Assembly: GCA_902779565.1 (NCBI GenBank)
Contig: CACZCD010000008.1
Span: forward strand, 571 to 64,570
Direction of reading: 5' to 3'
DNA: 64,000 bases
Source: an uncultured bacterium
Lineage (GTDB): Bacteria; Verrucomicrobiota; Kiritimatiellia; RFP12; UBA1067
Below the pieces are notes generated by a model, which was given only the letters and a program-made list of their open reading frames with translations, was not told the DNA's origin and searched no databases. The position numbers and the translations under genes are program-made. Of this stretch, positions 25,237-33,284 are shown one piece after another; the stretch's first letter is position 1; each line of letters opens with the position of its first letter.

Positions 25237-26352
25237 ATGAAAACGATTCTTATTTTGGCGGCGGTGATCGCATCGGGTGCGTGGGCATCCGATCGGCCGA
25301 TCGGCGTGTTCGATTCCGGCACCGGCGGATTGACGGTGCTGGAGAAACTGTTGGCGGCCGACGCGTTCGACAACGTCACCGGCGAGCAGGTCGCGGACGG
25401 CAAGCCCGACTTCTCGTCCGAGAACTTCGTCTATTTCGGCGACCAGGCGAACATGCCCTACGGCATGTACGACGCCGAAGGCAAGGCGGACTTCCTGCGC
25501 GAACTCGTGGTGCGCGATGCGCAGTTCGTGCTGGGCAAAGAGGACCACGCGCCCGCGAAGATCATCGTGATCGCCTGCAACACGGCCACCGCCTACGGCC
25601 TCGAGGCCGCGACGAAGACGGCGAAGCCGAAAGGCGTGAAGGTCATCGGCGTGGTCAACGCCGGCGTGGCGGCCACGATGGACGCGCTCGACGCGAAGAA
25701 GGGCATGGCGCCGTTCGCCGTCGGCGTGATCGCCACGCCCGGCACGATCGCCTCGGGCGTGTACGAACGCACGCTGCGCGCCGAGCTCGACGCGCGCGGC
25801 ATCACGGGCTACGAGATCGCGAACCGCGGCGGCATCGGCCTTGCGGAGGCCGTGGAGAACGACGAGCCCGGCATGAAGGACTGCGCGCGCACGAACTTCG
25901 TCGCGCTCGTCGAGGGCTACCGTGCGCGCGGCGGCAAAGCGCCGATGCGTGCCGTCATCCTCGGCTGCACGCACTACCCGTTCGTGCTTTCGGTGTTCCA
26001 GGAGACGCTCGCCGCGCTGCGGGCCGACCCGAAGTACAGCGGACTGCTGGCACCGGATCTCGTGTTCGTGGATCCGGCCGTCTATACGGCGATCCAGTGC
26101 TTCCGCGCCCTGAAGGCGGATAAGCTCCTGAACCGGAAGGGCGCCGCCACGCCGCGCGTGAAGGCGTTCATGTCCGTCGGGCGCAACGGACCGCTCTCCC
26201 ACGCCATCAAGTACGGCCGCTCCGTCGGACAGCTGGATATCGGCACCAAGATCGTCCCGATGACGGACCAGACGATGTCGGCGGACGCGGTGAAGCGTCT
26301 TCGCGCGCTTCTGCCCGAATCGGCGAAGGAGATCTTCCCGACGAAACAATGA
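25237..26352 (+). CDS. murI: glutamate racemase (long form, 371 aa)
   Basis: IGVFDSGTGGLTVL, FGDQANMPYG, VIACNTATA and LGCTHYPF are MurI motifs. The hydrophobic N-terminus and a ~80-aa C-terminal extension are atypical. An alternative in-frame GTG start exists at 25264. Confidence 0.85.
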   Translation: MKTILILAAVIASGAWASDRPIGVFDSGTGGLTVLEKLLAADAFDNVTGEQVADGKPDFSSENFVYFGDQANMPYGMYDAEGKADFLRELVVRDAQFVLGKEDHAPAKIIVIACNTATAYGLEAATKTAKPKGVKVIGVVNAGVAATMDALDAKKGMAPFAVGVIATPGTIASGVYERTLRAELDARGITGYEIANRGGIGLAEAVENDEPGMKDCARTNFVALVEGYRARGGKAPMRAVILGCTHYPFVLSVFQETLAALRADPKYSGLLAPDLVFVDPAVYTAIQCFRALKADKLLNRKGAATPRVKAFMSVGRNGPLSHAIKYGRSVGQLDIGTKIVPMTDQTMSADAVKRLRALLPESAKEIFPTKQ

Positions 26353-26412
26353 TTTGCAAGTGGATCCAGAGCGGTTCTGTGGTTTCAGGCTGGACTCGAC
26401 TGGAGACAGGAA

Positions 26413-27963
26413 ATGCAAAACGACGACGCGTTGGCGGTAGGGGTGGATTTCGGCACGGACTCGGCCCGCGCCCTGCTGGTTCGGACGTGCGACGGAGCGG
26501 TGCTCGCCTCCTGTTCGCATCCCTATGCGCGGTGGGGGAAGGGTCTTTACAGCGAGGCGGCGCGGATGCGGTTCCGCCAGCACCCGCACGACTACGCCGA
26601 GGCGCTGCGGGCGGTTCTCCACGGCGTGCTGGGCGGACGGAATGATAGGGACCGCGTCGCCTGCATCGGTGTGGACGCCACCGCGTCCACACCGTGCCTG
26701 ACCGATGCCGAGGGACTTCCGCTTTCGTTGCAGCCGGCGTTCGCGGCGGAACCGGATGCCATGTTTGTCCTGTGGAAGGATCATACGGCGGAACGTGAGG
26801 CGCGCCAGATTACGGAAGCAGCACGGCCGCACGGCTACTGCCTGAACAACGGTGGGGTCTATTCGCCGGAAAACGGCTGGGCGAAGGTGTGGCACATCCT
26901 CTTGACGAACCCCGCCGTCGCAAACGCGGCCGCGTCTGTTGTGGAGGCAGGGGATTACATCGTTTCGCTTCTCACCGGCACGGCCATAACGCCGTCGTAT
27001 TGCGCGGCGGCCTACAAGTGGATGTGGCGCGCATCGTGGGGCGGCTATCCGCCCGAGGCGTTCTTCCGCGAACTGGGCGGCGAACGGCTGGCGGCGATAC
27101 GCGCCTCGCTCTCGAAGAAACCCATCGCGGCGTCGGCGAGCGTCGGCACGCTGTCGCGGGCATGGGCGGAGGAACTGGGTCTGTCGGACGGTGTGACGGT
27201 CGCCGGCGGGAACATAGACGCACATTCCGGTGCCGTCGGCGCGGGATGCAACAAAGGAACGGCGGCGCTCATTCTCGGCACGTCCGGATGCGTCATGTGC
27301 GTGGCGCCGCGCGAGGATTTCGGCGGCAAACCCGTGACGGGCGTGTTCGGTCAGGCGCCGGATAGCATCATCGCCGGGCTTGAAGGATTCGAGGCTGGAC
27401 TGGCCGCCTTCGGCGACAGCCATGCTTGGGTCGGTCGTCTCGTATCGGAACCGCTCGCGTCGCTCGACCGCAAGGCGGCGGCGCTGGAGCTGGACGACTC
27501 CGTGCCGGTGGCGACGGACTGGTTCAACGGGCGGCGTTCGCCGTTTCAGGATCCGTCCGTGCGGGCGACGGTCACCGGGCTCGGGCTGGGCACGGATGCG
27601 GTGCGTCTCTATTTTGCTGTGGTGGAGGCGACGGCGTTCGGCGTCCGTGCGGCGGTGGAGCATCTGGAGGCGAACGGCGTCCGTGCCGACCGCAACGTCG
27701 CCATCGGTGGAATCGCCAGCAAATCGCCGTTCGTGATGCAGATGTTGGCCGATGTGATGGGGCGGATGATCGAGGTGTCGTCTTCCGTAGATGCCAGTGC
27801 TCTCGGCTCGGCGATCAATGCCGCCGTTGCGGCGGGGCTGTACGGGAACGTCGCCGAGGCGCAGAAGCGGATGTGCGCGCCGTCATGTGCAACGTACACC
27901 CCCCGCCCGAACCGCAGCCACAACGCGCGTTACGCCCTCTACAAACGGCTCTCGGGAATCTAA
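26413..27963 (+). CDS. araB: ribulokinase (FGGY family)
   Basis: Co-linear with E. coli AraB as I recall it: VGVDFGTDSARAL, FRQHPHDY, PDAMFVLWKDHTA, WFNGRRSP, GGIA.KSPFVMQ. Confidence 0.8.
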   Translation: MQNDDALAVGVDFGTDSARALLVRTCDGAVLASCSHPYARWGKGLYSEAARMRFRQHPHDYAEALRAVLHGVLGGRNDRDRVACIGVDATASTPCLTDAEGLPLSLQPAFAAEPDAMFVLWKDHTAEREARQITEAARPHGYCLNNGGVYSPENGWAKVWHILLTNPAVANAAASVVEAGDYIVSLLTGTAITPSYCAAAYKWMWRASWGGYPPEAFFRELGGERLAAIRASLSKKPIAASASVGTLSRAWAEELGLSDGVTVAGGNIDAHSGAVGAGCNKGTAALILGTSGCVMCVAPREDFGGKPVTGVFGQAPDSIIAGLEGFEAGLAAFGDSHAWVGRLVSEPLASLDRKAAALELDDSVPVATDWFNGRRSPFQDPSVRATVTGLGLGTDAVRLYFAVVEATAFGVRAAVEHLEANGVRADRNVAIGGIASKSPFVMQMLADVMGRMIEVSSSVDASALGSAINAAVAAGLYGNVAEAQKRMCAPSCATYTPRPNRSHNARYALYKRLSGI

Positions 27964-27965
27964 AA
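27850..27965 (+). repeat. 116-bp direct repeat, copy A (authentic araB 3' end)
   Basis: 113/116 identical to 29262-29377 with a constant offset of 1412 nt and no indels. Confidence 0.9.
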
Positions 27966-28035
27966 GCCGCGCGTCTCCGTGAAGAGCCTTCTTTCCTTTC
28001 TTGCCTGGTAGCAGAAACGGAAAGAATATAAAATC

Positions 28036-28086
28036 AGCGCCTGAAATCAATGGTTTGAGCAATGCCCAGACGTTGTTTCAGGCGCT
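28036..28086. terminator. long inverted repeat between convergent araB and the membrane-protein gene (possible bidirectional terminator)
   Basis: AGCGCCTGAAA (28036-28046) pairs with TTTCAGGCGCT (28076-28086), an 11-bp stem with a 29-nt loop, followed by TCTTCT. Confidence 0.35.
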
Positions 28087-28132
28087 TCTTCTCACGAATA
28101 ACCGTGAAGATCCGCAATGGCCTTGGATGGCT

Positions 28133-28999
28133 TTACTTCTTCAGCTCGTCCAGCTTGCGCGGAACCGAGACGATTGCCTTGTAGAAGTCAAGCGTGAACA
28201 CCACGATAAGGTAGAAGAAATACACGAGCAGCGGAATCGCGAACGGGATGAGCGCCGTTGCGCCAAACACTATCGCAGCGTAAAGCCCATCGTCAAACCA
28301 CTGCACAATGCCATAGACGAGACCGCCAACTGCGCCCATGCCGATGAGCAGGGTGAGCAGCGCGATGACCACCCTGACCGGTAACAGCACAAGAGCAATC
28401 ACCTCTTCGACGCAGTTCACCGGATACCCAGGCTTTACGCCGACAATGCTGGGGCGCTCAAGGCATATGATCATCAGAACGGCGAAGATTATCGCGGCTA
28501 TCGCAATAGCCACTAAATCCTTGTCGAAGTTCAGAAGCAGGTACACGCCGAGGAGGATTCCGCCGATTCCACACACCACTTTCATAATGTACATCAATTC
28601 AGGACGGATGAGCACGGACTCGCCTTTGTCAACAAACGAGCGCGTAAGCGCGAGCGCCTTGGGAGCCAGATGCATGGCAAAGAGGACTGGGATGAGAATG
28701 AAAAGCTGCTTCATGACCCAGGAGAACGGGGCGTCGTTCTTTATCATGGTGATCAAGCCCGTCAAGCACGCGAGAACGCCGGCAAGGGCGATTACCGCAG
28801 GCAGGAACATGGAGATGTATTTGTTGGCGGTGCCGAGCCATGAATCCCATGGACGGTTGCCAATGATGCCAAGTGCACCTTCGACCCAGTTATCAACCTT
28901 ACCGCTGTACTCACTGATCTTCGCAGTTACCTTCTGGGAGGTGTTGTTGCTATCGGTGGGTTCGGCGACCCCGTCGCCATTTACGTTGTTTTCGCTCAT
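28133..28999 (-). CDS. polytopic membrane protein, unknown function
   Basis: 288 aa with ~6-7 hydrophobic helices. Strong AAGGAG SD upstream of ATG 28999. Visibly lower G+C than the flanks. Confidence 0.6.
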   Translation of the reverse strand: MSENNVNGDGVAEPTDSNNTSQKVTAKISEYSGKVDNWVEGALGIIGNRPWDSWLGTANKYISMFLPAVIALAGVLACLTGLITMIKNDAPFSWVMKQLFILIPVLFAMHLAPKALALTRSFVDKGESVLIRPELMYIMKVVCGIGGILLGVYLLLNFDKDLVAIAIAAIIFAVLMIICLERPSIVGVKPGYPVNCVEEVIALVLLPVRVVIALLTLLIGMGAVGGLVYGIVQWFDDGLYAAIVFGATALIPFAIPLLVYFFYLIVVFTLDFYKAIVSVPRKLDELKK

Positions 29000-29261
29000 G
29001 TTGCTTTTCTCCTTTTGCGTGTATGCCCGTCAGCAATTATTGCTCCGGCAATGAAATATGTTGAACCACAAAGTACACGAAAGCCACAAAGCTATGAGAT
29101 CTTTGTGATCTTTGTGTCTAATAATCACAACATATCATTGCCGCTTCTATAATCAGCGCAACACCAGTTGCGTAGCCTTGTGCTGACGATGCGTTCCTTT
29201 CTTTTGGCGCACATTATAGCAAAACCGATTAGGTGATGCAAGGGGGCGTCTCCTGGTCTCA

Positions 29262-29377
29262 GTTGCCGAGGCGCAGAAGCGGATGTGCGCGCCGTCATGT
29301 GCAACGTACACCCCCCGCCCGAACCGCGACCACAACGCGCGTTACGCCCTCTACAAACGGCTCTCGGGAATCTAAAA
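29262..29377 (+). repeat. 116-bp direct repeat, copy B (orphan duplicate of the araB 3' end)
   Basis: See 27850-27965. It includes the last ~37 codons and the TAA of araB, but no upstream araB sequence. Confidence 0.9.
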
Positions 29378-29395
29378 CCGCCCCCGCTTGCTCCA

Positions 29396-29449
29396 AAACT
29401 CTCCCCCTGAGACAGGGGGAGTGCCCGGAAGGGCGAGGGGGTATGATTC
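29396..29449. repeat. second copy of the REP-like hairpin element
   Basis: aaactctccccctgagacagggggagtgcccggaagggcgagggggtatgattc matches 24927-24981, differing by one 1-nt indel and one substitution. Confidence 0.85.
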
Positions 29450-29501
29450 TCACGCTTAACCAACCAACCACCAGCCTTCGCTAAAGCTACGGCTCGGCAA
29501 G

Positions 29502-29550
29502 CTAATCACTAACGACTAACGACTAACCACTAGCCACTAACCACTAACCA
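29502..29550 (-). repeat. tandem heptamer array x7 in inverted orientation (CTAACSA)
   Basis: ctaatca ctaacga ctaacga ctaacca ctagcca ctaacca ctaacca is the reverse complement of TGGTTAG-type units. It ends 9 nt before the promoter at 29559. Confidence 0.9.
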
Positions 29551-29558
29551 CTGACTTA

Positions 29559-29567
29559 TGGTAAAAT
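29559..29567 (+). promoter_or_regulatory. extended -10 box TGgTAAAAT for the RhuM-Mrr-ATPase operon
   Basis: TGGTAAAAT at 29559-29567. The in-frame ATG at 29592 is preceded by GAAAGG (29577-29582). Confidence 0.45.
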
Positions 29568-29591
29568 ATGCGGCATGAAAGGCAAGGGTGG

Positions 29592-30509
29592 ATGAGCGCA
29601 AGCGAAAATCAGATTGTTGTGTATCAGCCGAACGAGACCGTGCGGCTGGATGTGCGGCTTGAAAACGAGACGGTGTGGCTGACGCAGCTGAAGATTGCCG
29701 AGTTGTTTGGGGTTCAGAAGGCTGCGATCAGCAAGCACGTCAAAAACATATTTGCTTCTGGTGAACTCGTCAGGGACGCAACAGTTTCCAAATTGGAAAC
29801 AGTTCAAACGGAAGGTGGACGCACGGTTGTTCGCACACAGGAGTTCTTCAATCTAGATGTCATTATTGCGGTTGGCTATAGGGTGAATTCTCGACGCGCG
29901 ACACAGTTCCGCATCTGGGCGACAAAAGTACTCAAGGAATACCTCCTTCGCGGATATTCGGTCAATTCCCGACTGAACCAACTAGAAGATACGATGCATC
30001 GTAATCTTGCCAAACATGATGACCGCATCGCCACCCTTGAACAGAAGGTTGATTTCTTCGTGCAGACGCAGACGCCGCCGTTGCAGGGCGTGTTTTATGA
30101 TGGCCAGTTGTGGGATGCGCGGGCGCTGGTGCTGAAGCTGATTCAAAGCGCGAAACGTTCGCTGATACTCATCGACAACTGGGCGACGCCGGAGGTGCTG
30201 GATCTTTTCGCGAAGAAGCGCAAGGGTGTGCGGCTGACAATCTTCACATCGGAGCATTTCAAGAAGGGTGTTCCGAAACACCTGATTTCCCCTGCCGACA
30301 TCTCGACCTTCAACGCACAGTACCCGAAACTCGCCGTCCGCTACAACGAATCCTTCCACGACCGCTTCCTCATCATCGACGACAAGGAACTGTTCCTGAT
30401 AGGCGCGTCGCTGAAAGACCTCGGCAGCAAATGTTTCGCCTTCACGAAACTGGACGCGGGCGAAATCCGGCGAATCAAGAGGTCGGCGTTTGGGGCGGGC
30501 GTAAGGTAA
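29592..30509 (+). CDS. RhuM-family protein with C-terminal PLD/HKD-like domain (H-x-R-x4-D variant)
   Basis: IVVYQPNETVRLDVRLENETVWLTQ...IIAVGYRVNSRRATQFRIWATKVLKEYLLRGY is the RhuM signature. The C-terminus reads SLILIDNWAT...HDRFLIIDDKELFLIGASLKDLG. The track start 29568 lies inside the -10 box, so 29592 is preferred. Confidence 0.7.
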   Translation: MSASENQIVVYQPNETVRLDVRLENETVWLTQLKIAELFGVQKAAISKHVKNIFASGELVRDATVSKLETVQTEGGRTVVRTQEFFNLDVIIAVGYRVNSRRATQFRIWATKVLKEYLLRGYSVNSRLNQLEDTMHRNLAKHDDRIATLEQKVDFFVQTQTPPLQGVFYDGQLWDARALVLKLIQSAKRSLILIDNWATPEVLDLFAKKRKGVRLTIFTSEHFKKGVPKHLISPADISTFNAQYPKLAVRYNESFHDRFLIIDDKELFLIGASLKDLGSKCFAFTKLDAGEIRRIKRSAFGAGVR

Positions 30510-30527
30510 TTTACGGAGGAACATGAA

Positions 30528-31445
30528 ATGAGAAAAGAAGATGGTGTGAAACTGAGCAAGAGGACGGCTGATGGGAAGATTGCGTATCTGATCAAGCCCA
30601 TTTTAAAGGTGTTGCAGGACGCGGGTGGGCAGTTGGAGCGTTCGGAAATAAAAGAACGCATAGCTGATTTGGATGACCAGATTGCCGAGTATGCCGAAAA
30701 AGTGACGATATCGAAGAAAAAGGGGAATACTTACAAGGAGTTCAATTTCAAGTTCAACTTTGCAGTCAAGGATTTGCTTTTTAATGGGTTGGTGACATTC
30801 TCGCGTTCATCTCCCGTGGTGCTAACGGAGAAGGGTGAAAACCTCAATTTAAACACGCTTGATGTTTGGAAGATCATAGAGGCGTCTAAAACGCATTGGG
30901 AAGAACTTAGCGAGAACAGGAAGAAGAAAGACTTTGACCTGAACGACAGCGAAGAGGAGACGCAGGCAGAGGAAAAGATCAAGGATGAATTCAAGGAATC
31001 CTTGCTTGCAGCTATCGCAAAAATGTCGCCCAAAAAGTTTGAGGCGTTTTCAAGGGCGCTGTTAAACAAGATGGGTGTGGAGTTCACGGAAAAGGGCGTT
31101 CAAGTCAGCAATGATGGCGGTATTGATGGATACGGTTATCATGTTGATCGTAACGATTTTCGAACGACGCGGGTGGTGATTCAGTGCAAGCGGTATAATG
31201 TTGGGCCCGTGTCCGAGCCAGAGATCAACCAGTTTTTGGGCGCGATGAACAAGTACCAAGCAGATTACGGCGTGTTCATCACAAATGGTAGGTTTACAAG
31301 CGCGGCAAAAACCGCCGCAAAAGAAGGTTCGCCGATTACTTTGATCGACGGCAACGAATTGGTGAGACTGGTCATAAGATACGAATTGTATATCAAGCCG
31401 GTTCAGACCTATGTGTTGGATGATTTCTATGATTCAGACGAGTAA
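30528..31445 (+). CDS. Mrr-like type IV restriction endonuclease (Mrr_N wHTH plus Mrr_cat)
   Basis: GGIDGYGYH...RVVIQCKRY...YGVFITNGRFTSAAKTAAKEG..ITLIDGNELVRLVIRY is the Mrr catalytic-core pattern. The gene is AT-rich. Confidence 0.75.
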   Translation: MRKEDGVKLSKRTADGKIAYLIKPILKVLQDAGGQLERSEIKERIADLDDQIAEYAEKVTISKKKGNTYKEFNFKFNFAVKDLLFNGLVTFSRSSPVVLTEKGENLNLNTLDVWKIIEASKTHWEELSENRKKKDFDLNDSEEETQAEEKIKDEFKESLLAAIAKMSPKKFEAFSRALLNKMGVEFTEKGVQVSNDGGIDGYGYHVDRNDFRTTRVVIQCKRYNVGPVSEPEINQFLGAMNKYQADYGVFITNGRFTSAAKTAAKEGSPITLIDGNELVRLVIRYELYIKPVQTYVLDDFYDSDE

Positions 31446-31457
31446 GGAGATTTTTAG

Positions 31458-33146
31458 ATGGCAAACACGATCACAGCTACAAGGGAATATGTAGACAGGA
31501 AGTTCGAGGAATTGAGGGATCAATTGGCGAAAGAAAGTAAAGATGACGCCTCTATGATTCGTCCTGAGCCCATGATATTACGTGGTGTGCAATTTGTTGA
31601 ACACCCAGTATTGCAAGGCCTTAAGTTAGATTTTTGTAATGCACAAGGTGTGCCTTCTGATACGATTATTTTTGCTGGAGAAAATGGAACTGGTAAAAGT
31701 GCTATTATAAGTTCGATAGATGATATTATTTCTAGAAGCTATTCAATAAAGCAAAAGATTATTCTTGAAGTGCAGACCGAACGAGGGGTTTGTTTTGTCA
31801 ACTATAATGTTCGGCAGAAAGGAATAGCGGATAGGTATTGTCAAGATTCGTCAGGAAAGCAATTCATTTTCACGGGGCTTAATTTTAGTAAGTCCATATA
31901 TTCTGATGTCGATATAAATTTCAAAGGAGGAGTTGTTAGAACTGTCACAAGCCTAGCATTTGATTCTGAATCGGGGAGTATGCATTCTACGCCAGAGCTT
32001 GCTACGGAAATCAAGCAATTGATTGTTGACATACAAAGTCTTGATGATGCAAGTACTGCACGTTGGGTTAGAAAAAACATCGGCAATGGCAAAACCATCG
32101 ACGAAGCGCCAAGTCAAGTTCGTTTGAACAGATTGACAAAAGCGTTCGACTATATTTTCTCCGATTTGCAATATGATAGGATTGAGAATCGGGATAACCA
32201 TAAAACAATCATTTTCAAGAAGTGTGGTGTTGATGTCCCGATAGATGCCTTGAGTTCTGGAGAAAAGCAGATTGTGTATCGAGGCTGTTTTATGCTGCGC
32301 AACATAAACGCTTTGACGGGGGCGTTTGTATTTATTGATGAGCCTGAGATAAGCATGCATCCCGAATGGCAGAAGAAGATATTGAATTTCTACAAGCGAA
32401 TATTCACTACGGAAAGCGGGATACAAACATCGCAAATTTTTGTTGTTACACATTCGCCGTTTATTATCCATAATGAGAATAGATACAATGATAAGGTTAT
32501 AGTTTTGGAACGAGATAAGGATAATAACATAATAGTTAAGGACAAGCCTGAATATTACAGATGTGATTCGGTGGAAGTGGTGTCGGATGCCTTTCATGTT
32601 GATTTCAATGTTCAGGGACAACGTCCAGTGGTTTATGTTGAAGGAAAGACGGATGAGCGATATTTCTCGGAAGCGGCAACTGTCTTTGGGATGGTATTAC
32701 CATTTGACTTTTGTTGGATTGGGCATATTAATGACAATGGTAAAGAGGATAATTCCGGCGATACCGGATTAAGACGTGCCGCGACACACTATAAGGCAAA
32801 CAATCCACCTATGAAGATTGTGATACAATATGACTGCGATAAACCGCATCAACTTGAACAGCAGGGAAATCTTATTGTGAGATCTGTTGAAAGTTATCCT
32901 AATGTCAAGAATTGTAAAAAGGGCTCGGAAAATGCCCTTGTACTGGATGTGATAGATGAAGTAAAGTGGAATGAATTTTTTGAGCGTAAAGAGAACGATA
33001 AGGGATATGGGAAATCTAACATCGAGTACGAACTACGAAAATCGGAACTGTGTAACTACATCTGCGGTTTGCCTGATGAAGTCAAGCGACATGTGTTTGC
33101 GAATCTAAAAACTGAAATTGAAACGTTGATAGATTTACTGAAGTAA
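31458..33146 (+). CDS. ABC-type ATPase fused to a C-terminal TOPRIM-like (DUF4435/OLD-type) domain; OLD-family or merged-PARIS (AriA-AriB)-like defence candidate
   Basis: Walker A GENGTGKS, ABC signature LSSGEKQ, Walker B VFIDEPE, H-loop VVTHSP. These are followed by VYVEGKTDERYF (TOPRIM Glu) and QYDCDKP (DxD). This is the most AT-rich gene in the window. Confidence 0.65.
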   Translation: MANTITATREYVDRKFEELRDQLAKESKDDASMIRPEPMILRGVQFVEHPVLQGLKLDFCNAQGVPSDTIIFAGENGTGKSAIISSIDDIISRSYSIKQKIILEVQTERGVCFVNYNVRQKGIADRYCQDSSGKQFIFTGLNFSKSIYSDVDINFKGGVVRTVTSLAFDSESGSMHSTPELATEIKQLIVDIQSLDDASTARWVRKNIGNGKTIDEAPSQVRLNRLTKAFDYIFSDLQYDRIENRDNHKTIIFKKCGVDVPIDALSSGEKQIVYRGCFMLRNINALTGAFVFIDEPEISMHPEWQKKILNFYKRIFTTESGIQTSQIFVVTHSPFIIHNENRYNDKVIVLERDKDNNIIVKDKPEYYRCDSVEVVSDAFHVDFNVQGQRPVVYVEGKTDERYFSEAATVFGMVLPFDFCWIGHINDNGKEDNSGDTGLRRAATHYKANNPPMKIVIQYDCDKPHQLEQQGNLIVRSVESYPNVKNCKKGSENALVLDVIDEVKWNEFFERKENDKGYGKSNIEYELRKSELCNYICGLPDEVKRHVFANLKTEIETLIDLLK

Positions 33147-33284
33147 AATCTGGATGAACACGTGTATGCATGATGAAAGGAAAATGATAGATGATAAAAC
33201 AGGACATTGAAGAAAATGAAAAAGCGAGTGTTGCTGGTCGCGGTGTTGGCCGCGTTAAACCTATTTGCTGAAGGAGAGCCGAAG

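Larger units (their letters stand above)
27966..29261. mobile_element. 1.3-kb lower-GC insertion bounded by the 116-bp araB-3' direct repeats
   Basis: It lies between repeat copies A and B and carries a single minus-strand membrane-protein gene. No recombinase gene is inside. Confidence 0.45.

Noticed and set aside
25237-25300. A secreted or lipoprotein glutamate racemase, suggested by the hydrophobic N-terminus MKTILILAAVIASGAWAS.
   Set aside because: MurI is cytoplasmic. An in-frame GTG at 25264 would give a conventional N-terminus (..RPIGVFDSGTGG). Start-site ambiguity is the simpler explanation, although the leaderless promoter geometry favours ATG 25237, so this remains unresolved.
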